A stretch of DNA of 64,000 nucleotides from an uncultured delta proteobacterium (GTDB taxonomy: Bacteria; Desulfobacterota; Binatia; Binatales; Binataceae): contig CAWEEQ010000004.1 in assembly GCA_963808235.1 (NCBI GenBank), positions 2,624,001-2,688,000 on the forward strand. The letters run 5' to 3'. A program made the position numbers and the translations under genes. The notes below the pieces were generated by a model that had not been told where the DNA came from, ran no database searches, and saw only the letters and a program-made list of their open reading frames with translations. Shown one piece after another: positions 57,520-64,000 of the stretch. Position 1 is the stretch's first letter. Each line of letters opens with the position of its first letter.

Positions 57520-58734
57520 TCACCGATCGCATTCGCCGCCGATCATGTTGACCATCCCGAAGGTCGTGATGATGTCGGGGATCATGTGGCCGATCAGCAT
57601 TTTGTGGAGCACGCCCATCCCGAGAAAACACGGCGGCCTGACTCGCACCCGGTACGGACGCCCGCTGCCGTCGCTCACGACGTAAAATCCCAACTCGCCG
57701 TTGGCGCCCTCGACCGCCTGGTAAATTTCGCCCGCGGGCACGTGGATGCCTTCCATGATGAGCTTGAAATGGTTCATCAGGCCTTCGATCGAGTTGTACA
57801 CTTTCTCTTTTTCGGGCAGCACGATTTTAGGATCGGTGATCGTCACTGGCCCCTCCGGAAGGGACTTAACCGCCTGCTCGATGATTCGCTTTGATTGATA
57901 CATCTCGCGGAAGCGCACGTTGAAGCGGTCGTAGTTGTCGCCTTGCTCGCCGACCGGGACTTCGAAATCCATTCGATCGTAGACGAGATATGGATGCGCC
58001 TTGCGGACGTCGTATGAGACCCCAGTCGCGCGCAGCAGCGGCCCGGTGAGGCCGTAGGAGATCGCGTCCCGCTTCGGCAGAATCCCGACACCCGACATCC
58101 GATCGATGAACACGCGATTGCGGCTCAGCAGTTTGTCGCAGTCGCTCAAGACCTGGTCGATCCTGACGAATGCGGCCTTCATCCGATCCGCAAAGTCGGC
58201 GGGAAGATCGTGAGTCATGCCGCCCACGCGGCACCATGTCACCGTCAGCCGCGCGCCGGTCACCGATTCGATCAAATCGTAAAGGAACTCGCGCGCCTCG
58301 AGCATGAACATAAACACGGTCGCTGCGCCGACCTCGTTGGAAGCCGCCCCAAGGCAGGTCAGATGGTCGGCGATGCGCGAGACCTCGCTCATGATCATGC
58401 GCACGTACTTGCATCGCTCAGTCGTCTCGACTCCGAGCAGGCGCTCGACGGCGAGCGCAAAGCCGACGTTGTTGATGCACGGCGACGCGTAGTTGAGCCG
58501 GTCGGTGTACGGGAAGCATTGGGTCCAGGTGCCCTGCTCGCACATCTTTTCGAATCCGCGATGCAGGTAGCCGACCTCGACGTCGCAATCGACGATCCGC
58601 TCGCCGTCGAGCTTCAGGTTGAACTTGATGGTGCCGTGGGACGCGGGATGCGACGGCCCCATCTGGAGTTCCATTATCTCGTCGGACGGATCCGACGGCA
58701 CGATTTTATCTTCCCAGCGCGCGGGTAGTGCCAT
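57520..58734 (-). CDS. nuoD: NADH-quinone oxidoreductase subunit D
   Basis: GPSHPASHG, GYLHRG.EK, DRLNY and GECDR motifs. Confidence 0.95.
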   Translation of the reverse strand: MALPARWEDKIVPSDPSDEIMELQMGPSHPASHGTIKFNLKLDGERIVDCDVEVGYLHRGFEKMCEQGTWTQCFPYTDRLNYASPCINNVGFALAVERLLGVETTERCKYVRMIMSEVSRIADHLTCLGAASNEVGAATVFMFMLEAREFLYDLIESVTGARLTVTWCRVGGMTHDLPADFADRMKAAFVRIDQVLSDCDKLLSRNRVFIDRMSGVGILPKRDAISYGLTGPLLRATGVSYDVRKAHPYLVYDRMDFEVPVGEQGDNYDRFNVRFREMYQSKRIIEQAVKSLPEGPVTITDPKIVLPEKEKVYNSIEGLMNHFKLIMEGIHVPAGEIYQAVEGANGELGFYVVSDGSGRPYRVRVRPPCFLGMGVLHKMLIGHMIPDIITTFGMVNMIGGECDR

Positions 58735-58756
58735 GATTTTTTTCACGTCTGCGTCT

Positions 58757-59257
58757 TCAGCGCGAGGAGCGGATCGGATGCACGATCGGATCGATCTCCT
58801 CAACGATGGGCTGGCGTTTGTTGTAGAGATAATCCTTGCGCAGCGGATGGCCCTCGAATGAATCGTACATCAGGATGCGGCGCAGGTCGGGATGGCCCTT
58901 GAAATTGATTCCGAACATGTCGAAGCATTCGCGCTCCAGCCAATCGGCCGCGCCCCAGATGCCGACGATGCTGTGCACCCACGGGTCGGCACCATCTACG
59001 CCTATTTTGACCCGGAGGCGATGACCCAGGGTCAGCGAATTCAGTTGGTAGACGACATCGAAGCGCGGATTGCGCTCGAGCCAGTCAACCGCTGTCAAGT
59101 CGGTCAGGAAGTTGAACTCGAAGCCGGGTTCGTCGCGGAGCGCGCGAAAAAAATCGTACCCATGCTCGCGGCCGATGGTGACAGTTTCCTCGCCGCGAGC
59201 GTCTTCGCTATCGAGGATCTCCGCGCCGAAGCGCTGCTTTAATTTTTCGATCAACAT
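58757..59257 (-). CDS. nuoC: NADH-quinone oxidoreductase subunit C
   Basis: W.ERE..DMFGI.F.GHPDLRRIL and GHPLRKD motifs. Confidence 0.95.
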   Translation of the reverse strand: MLIEKLKQRFGAEILDSEDARGEETVTIGREHGYDFFRALRDEPGFEFNFLTDLTAVDWLERNPRFDVVYQLNSLTLGHRLRVKIGVDGADPWVHSIVGIWGAADWLERECFDMFGINFKGHPDLRRILMYDSFEGHPLRKDYLYNKRQPIVEEIDPIVHPIRSSR

Positions 59258-59263
59258 TGAGAA

Positions 59264-59617
59264 TCAATCCCAATCCAGCGCGCCGCGCTGCCACGCGTAA
59301 ACGAGACCCACCACAAGTATCGAGATGAAAATCAGCGCCTCGACGAAACCAAACATCCCAAGATGCCGCAGCTCGACCGCCCACGGATAGAGAAAAATCA
59401 CTTCCACATCGAAGAGCAGGAACAGGATCGCGGTCAGGTAAAATCGCACCGTAAAGCGACCCCATGCCGAACCGCTCGGCGGGTTGCCGCATTCGAACGC
59501 CTCTCCCTTCACCTGGCTCGGTCGAGAGGGGCCGACAAGCATGTTGATGGTGCACATCACGCCGACAATCACGGCGGCGAGGACGATCGTCACAGCGATG
59601 GGGAACCAGGTTGCCAT
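59264..59617 (-). CDS. nuoA: NADH-quinone oxidoreductase subunit A
   Basis: FECG, FDVE..FLYPWA and GALDW motifs. Confidence 0.95.
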   Translation of the reverse strand: MATWFPIAVTIVLAAVIVGVMCTINMLVGPSRPSQVKGEAFECGNPPSGSAWGRFTVRFYLTAILFLLFDVEVIFLYPWAVELRHLGMFGFVEALIFISILVVGLVYAWQRGALDWD

Positions 59618-59728
59618 TCGCCTTCCATCAACAACGGAGAATCATCAAGACGACTTATCTCCATATGAATAGCGGATTAGCGATGCTTTGGGAACGATCG
59701 ACGCGGCGTCGGCGGTCGGTGGCTCTTT

Positions 59729-60802
59729 TCAGGCGATACCGTAGTGCCGGCGTTTGCGCCACAGAGTCGTCACGTTGATGCCCAGCGTCGCCGCGGCCTG
59801 ACCAAGAGTCGGGCTCTCCGCCAGCGCTCGCAGGATGTGCTCGCGTTCGAGGTCTTTCAGCCGAGTGCCGTGCGCAGCGCCGGCGGATATCGCGGACGTG
59901 CGATGACGGACAGAATCCGGCAGGTCATCAAGGGTGACTGTATCGGTTCGAGTAAGATCCGCGGCGCGCTTCAGAGCATTGTGAAGCTCGCGCAGATTTC
60001 CCGGCCATCGATAGCTGACCAGAGCGTCGACCGCCTCGGGCGCCAGGCGGAGACCAGGGCGACCGCTGTCGATCGAAATTCGCTTTAACATCCAATCGGC
60101 AAAGGGAACGATATCCTGAGTGCATTCGCGCAGCGGCGGCAGAGTAAAAGTGATCACGTTCAGCCGATAGTAAAGATCCTCGCGAAAACGTCCTGCCGCG
60201 ACTTCGGCCTCAAGATTTCGATTGGACGCGACGATGACGCGAACGTCAACTCTGAGGGTTTGATCGCTGCCGATGCGCTCAAAGCATCGGTCCTGAACGA
60301 AACGAAGAAATTTCATCTGCACCGAGGTCGGGAGCTCGGCGATTTCGTCGAACAATACGGTGCCGCCGTCGCCGGCTTCTAGGCGCCCGGGCTTGTCGTT
60401 GATCGCGCCAGTAAAACTTCCGCGAACGTGACCGAACAGCTCATCTTCGAGCAGATGCTCCGCCAGCGTGGTGCAATTGATCACGACGAATGGCCCACGG
60501 CGCCGCGGACTCCATCGATGAATCTGGCGCGCAAGCAGGTCCTTGCCGGTACCGCTTTCGCCGGTGAGGAGAATGGTCGAGTCGCCGGCCGCGGCACGTT
60601 CGAGCATCGCCAGCATCGCGGACATTTCAGGCTTCCGTGATTCGAGGAGTAGATCTTCTTCGACCGGTACCAGGCGCGCAGCGTCGTCGGCCTGGAACTC
60701 AGACGCCGGGCTTGCGTAGTGTCTTCGAACATCCATCGCCATCACACTGTGCGGTCTCGGAAAAACGACTCGACCTGCCCTGCCCCCCTCGACTGAAGTC
60801 AC
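59729..60802 (-). CDS. Sigma54-dependent transcriptional activator (AAA+ and HTH, no receiver domain)
   Basis: GESGTGK, GSFTGA, FDEI, FREDLYYRL, WPGNLREL and Fis-type HTH. Confidence 0.9.
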   Translation of the reverse strand: MTSVEGGRAGRVVFPRPHSVMAMDVRRHYASPASEFQADDAARLVPVEEDLLLESRKPEMSAMLAMLERAAAGDSTILLTGESGTGKDLLARQIHRWSPRRRGPFVVINCTTLAEHLLEDELFGHVRGSFTGAINDKPGRLEAGDGGTVLFDEIAELPTSVQMKFLRFVQDRCFERIGSDQTLRVDVRVIVASNRNLEAEVAAGRFREDLYYRLNVITFTLPPLRECTQDIVPFADWMLKRISIDSGRPGLRLAPEAVDALVSYRWPGNLRELHNALKRAADLTRTDTVTLDDLPDSVRHRTSAISAGAAHGTRLKDLEREHILRALAESPTLGQAAATLGINVTTLWRKRRHYGIA

Positions 60803-61821
60803 TACGCCGGCGGCGCACCATAGTGCTTGTTCAATTCAAGGTTGACCTGCAGCACGTTGATCATTTTCTCGCCGACGAAACCGCCCAGCGGAGCGAACGC
60901 ATCTGCTTGCAGAATTTGCTCGATCTCCATGCGCACCTGGGCCGGGTCACGCTTGGTATCGCTCGCCCATTTTGAAGCGACGCGATCGAGCTGGTATTGC
61001 GCGTTTTGCATCGTGATATGCGGGTCAAGCCCGGACGCGGACGCGGTAACCATATCTCCCGGCACATCCTGCAGGTCGGCATCCGCATGGTCCTGGCGCC
61101 ACATGTCGAAGAAGTTCGACTGGATGTCGGATCCGTCCTTGACGGGCTGGATCACAGTCTGGCTCTTCCCACCGGGCAATTGACTGGTAACCGCCGACGG
61201 AAACTTGCCGGGATACTGCTTGGAGAAGTTTTCGAAGAACAACATGGCCAAGTCCGACGGTTGCGGCGTTGGGGTGCCAGGGTTCTGCTTGATCCAATCG
61301 GCGACTTCGGCCTTATGAGCTGCGGCCCAATCCGTAATGTACTTCGCGTGAGACGGATCGGCACTTACCCATCCCTGTGCGGCCGCATTGTGAGCATCCG
61401 CCCACTGCGCCACGATATGCGGCTGTCCGCCGGCGCTGTCCTGCTGGAACCATGCCTCGACGTCCGGCGCCACCAGCTGACCCGCCTTGGGGCCGCTCTT
61501 GTATTTGACGATCGGACCTAGTTGCTGCGCCACGCGATAGCGCAGCATGTAGTTAGAGGCGGCAAGCGCCGATGAGGCCGACGCCGAACCGTCATAGGAC
61601 GCCGCCGAAGGCCGGGGCCAGAAGTACTCATCTTTGGTGAACGGCTGCGCGATCTGCAGCGACCCAACCATCTTACCATCCGGTCCGGTGACCATGCTGC
61701 CATTCGCGGTGAATGGGAACAGCGTCTGTCCGATTGCCCATACGGCCAGTGGGTATATCAGGCAGCAGATGACTACGCTGGAACCCAGCAGCCATAAACT
61801 TTTGACTATGTGATTTTTCAT
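60802..61821 (-). CDS. kdpC: K+-transporting ATPase subunit C, with large internal insertion
   Basis: ANGS, YFWPRPSA, SASGLDPHI and NVL.VNL.L motifs. Confidence 0.9.
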   Translation of the reverse strand: MKNHIVKSLWLLGSSVVICCLIYPLAVWAIGQTLFPFTANGSMVTGPDGKMVGSLQIAQPFTKDEYFWPRPSAASYDGSASASSALAASNYMLRYRVAQQLGPIVKYKSGPKAGQLVAPDVEAWFQQDSAGGQPHIVAQWADAHNAAAQGWVSADPSHAKYITDWAAAHKAEVADWIKQNPGTPTPQPSDLAMLFFENFSKQYPGKFPSAVTSQLPGGKSQTVIQPVKDGSDIQSNFFDMWRQDHADADLQDVPGDMVTASASGLDPHITMQNAQYQLDRVASKWASDTKRDPAQVRMEIEQILQADAFAPLGGFVGEKMINVLQVNLELNKHYGAPPA

Positions 61822-61846
61822 TGTGGTTATCCTCACTCAGCCTTGC

Positions 61847-64000
61847 TCACGCAACCAGGTGCATAGCACTCAACACGACATCGATTAGCTTGATGCCGGC
61901 GAACGGAAGGATGACGCCGCCCAGTCCCCAGACAAGGAGATTTTTTCGCAAGAGCGCGTCGGCACCTAGCGGCCGATACTTAACTCCTTTCAAGGCAACC
62001 GGAATAAGCGCCGGAATGATGATTGCGTTGAAGATGACCGCCGACAGTATCGCCGAAGTCGGCGAGTGAAGATGCATCACGTCCATCGCCGCAAGCCACG
62101 GAAGAGTGCCGGCGAACAGAGCTGGAACGATCGCAAAGTACTTGGCAACGTCGTTGGCGACAGAAAACGTGGTCAACGCACCGCGCGTCATCAGTAGCTG
62201 CTTGCCTACTTCGACCACCTCAATGAGCTTGGTCGGGTCGGAATCAAGATCGACCATGTTGCCGGCTTCCTTGGCGGCCTGGGTGCCGGAGTTCATCGCG
62301 AGGCCCACGTCAGCCTGCGCAAGCGCGGGCGCATCGTTGGTACCATCGCCCATCATCGCGACCAGCTTGCCCTCGGCCTGCTCCTTGCGGATGTAGGCGA
62401 GTTTCGATTCCGGCGTAGCTTGCGCGACGAAGTCATCGACGCCGGCCTGCTTTGCGATCGCCGCGGCGGTGAGAGGATTGTCGCCCGTGATCATGACCGT
62501 GCGCAGACCCATGTTGCGCAGCCGCTCGAAGCGCTCGCTCATTCCGCTTTTCAGGATGTCTTCCAGGGCGACAACGCCGGCAATTTTAGAATTTTCAGCT
62601 ACCACCAGTGGGGTCGCACCTTTCGAGGCAATCGCGTCGACGGCCTCCTGCAGCCCGGTCGGGACCGCGCCGCCTCTTTGCCGGACGAAGGCGATAACCG
62701 CATCCGGCGCGCCCTTACGGATGGCTCTGCCGTCTGAGAGATCAACTCCACTCATCCGGGTCTGCGCGCTGAAGGCGATAAATTTCGCATCGCTCGGAGG
62801 GGTCAACTCGTCTTTGGCGCCAACTCCGGCGGCTTGGGCCGCAACGACGATGCTCTTACCTTCCGGGGTTTCATCGGCGGCCGAAGCGAGCGCCGCCAGC
62901 GATGCTAATTTGATTTTTGTATAGCCGGCGACCGGTTCGAAGTCAGTGGCGTGGCGATTGCCCACCGTAATCGTGCCCGTCTTGTCGAGAAGCACTATGT
63001 CTATATCGCCCGCCGTCTCAACCGCCTTGCCGCTCTTGGCGATGATGTTCGCCTGGAGCGCGCGATCCATCCCGGCGATTCCGATCGCAGCGAGCAGCGC
63101 ACCTATTGTAGTAGGAATGAGACAGACCAGGAGCCCTACAAGGGTGGGAACGTCAGTGCCGAGGCTCTTTAGAGGCTCGGACACTCCGAGATAACCCATC
63201 ATGTACTGTTCCGCATTCCACGCCATAGGCCAGATCGGAATAACAACAATCAGAAAGGCAAGGGTAAGTGCGGAAAGCACCAGGGTCAGCGCGATCTCAT
63301 TCGGGGTCTTCTGGCGAACGGCGCCTTCGACCAGAGCGATCATGCGATCGAGGAAAGTCTGACCCGGAACGCCGGTGATCTTTACCACGATCCGATCGGA
63401 GATAACCCTGGTTCCGCCGGTGACTCCGGAACGATCTCCGCCGCCCTCGCGGATAACCGGAGCCGATTCGCCGGTAATGGCGGATTCATCCACTGACGCG
63501 ATGCCCGAGATCACCTCGCCGTCGCTCGGAATGACCTGTCCAGCGGCTACCACGACGCGGTCACCCGGCCGTAAGTCGGTCGACGAAACCTCTTCGACGA
63601 CATCGCCTGCCTTGAGACGGTAGGCCGGTGTCTCGGTGCGTGTCTTGCGCAGCGAATCGGCCTGCGCCTTGCCGCGTGCCTCCGCAAGCGCGGTCGCGAA
63701 ATTCGCAAACAGCACCGTCACCCAAAGCCAGAAATCCAGCGCAATGAAATAGGTGATCGGAACCTGGCTCACGGAAGTACTTACCAGCGCCTGCAGGATG
63801 AAGAGCAGCGTGAGCGCCGCGCCGATCTCCACCACGAACATCACTGGATTGCTCCATTGAATATCCGGGCGAAGCATTAAGATTGACTGCTTCAGTGCGT
63901 CGCGCACGAGCTCTGGTTCGAAAAGCTTTCGGCTTCTGATCCGTCTCGGCGGACGGGGATGTTGAGGTTGCTCAATAATCCGTATCGGTGTTGCGGCTGC
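61847..64000 (-). CDS. kdpB: K+-transporting ATPase subunit B (start lies beyond the right edge)
   Basis: [17 protein letters not shown] and GDGTND motifs; frame stays open to 64000. Confidence 0.96.
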   Translation of the reverse strand, partial: AAATPIRIIEQPQHPRPPRRIRSRKLFEPELVRDALKQSILMLRPDIQWSNPVMFVVEIGAALTLLFILQALVSTSVSQVPITYFIALDFWLWVTVLFANFATALAEARGKAQADSLRKTRTETPAYRLKAGDVVEEVSSTDLRPGDRVVVAAGQVIPSDGEVISGIASVDESAITGESAPVIREGGGDRSGVTGGTRVISDRIVVKITGVPGQTFLDRMIALVEGAVRQKTPNEIALTLVLSALTLAFLIVVIPIWPMAWNAEQYMMGYLGVSEPLKSLGTDVPTLVGLLVCLIPTTIGALLAAIGIAGMDRALQANIIAKSGKAVETAGDIDIVLLDKTGTITVGNRHATDFEPVAGYTKIKLASLAALASAADETPEGKSIVVAAQAAGVGAKDELTPPSDAKFIAFSAQTRMSGVDLSDGRAIRKGAPDAVIAFVRQRGGAVPTGLQEAVDAIASKGATPLVVAENSKIAGVVALEDILKSGMSERFERLRNMGLRTVMITGDNPLTAAAIAKQAGVDDFVAQATPESKLAYIRKEQAEGKLVAMMGDGTNDAPALAQADVGLAMNSGTQAAKEAGNMVDLDSDPTKLIEVVEVGKQLLMTRGALTTFSVANDVAKYFAIVPALFAGTLPWLAAMDVMHLHSPTSAILSAVIFNAIIIPALIPVALKGVKYRPLGADALLRKNLLVWGLGGVILPFAGIKLIDVVLSAMHLVA

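Noticed and set aside
59618-59728. Sigma54 promoter for nuoA driven by the adjacent activator
   Set aside because: No TGGCAC-N5-TTGC-like motif is present.

Overview
GC-rich bacterial chromosomal window. The gene content suggests a Deltaproteobacteria-like soil organism, possibly Candidatus Binatota; this is an inference. It is dominated by envelope biogenesis: a CDP-sugar/glycosyltransferase cluster (1.7-9.5 kb), lpxL, an orphan gspD secretin, lolCD-bamA-skp-fabZ-lpxA-lpxI-gnnA-like, then lpxB-msbA-waaA-lpxK-Trm112-GT87-Kdo kinase, and a second LPS cluster (51-55 kb). Also present are yicC-gmk-rel-ridA, a split nuoA-C-D unit and the end of a kdp operon with a receiver-less sigma54 activator. 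Two findings stand out. (1) An ~8.3 kb, 14-gene putative copper/thiol-redox module interrupts the lipid A operon (29.4-37.7 kb). In it, two paralogous ~105 aa membrane-targeted leader ORFs ending in PDxPPPKSL each precede a structured ~100 nt spacer and a putative outer-membrane protein with an N-terminal metal-ligand motif, which looks like a CutF/CruR-type nascent-peptide sensing system. (2) A four-segment leader-peptide attenuator sits upstream of a RIO1-family kinase (15.9-16.0 kb). A large secreted beta-helix/fibre-like ORF that the ORF track missed runs off the left edge. Four single-site frameshifts (rfbF, dehydrogenase, two LPS kinases) suggest long-read assembly errors. No rRNA, tRNA, CRISPR array or transposase was recognised.
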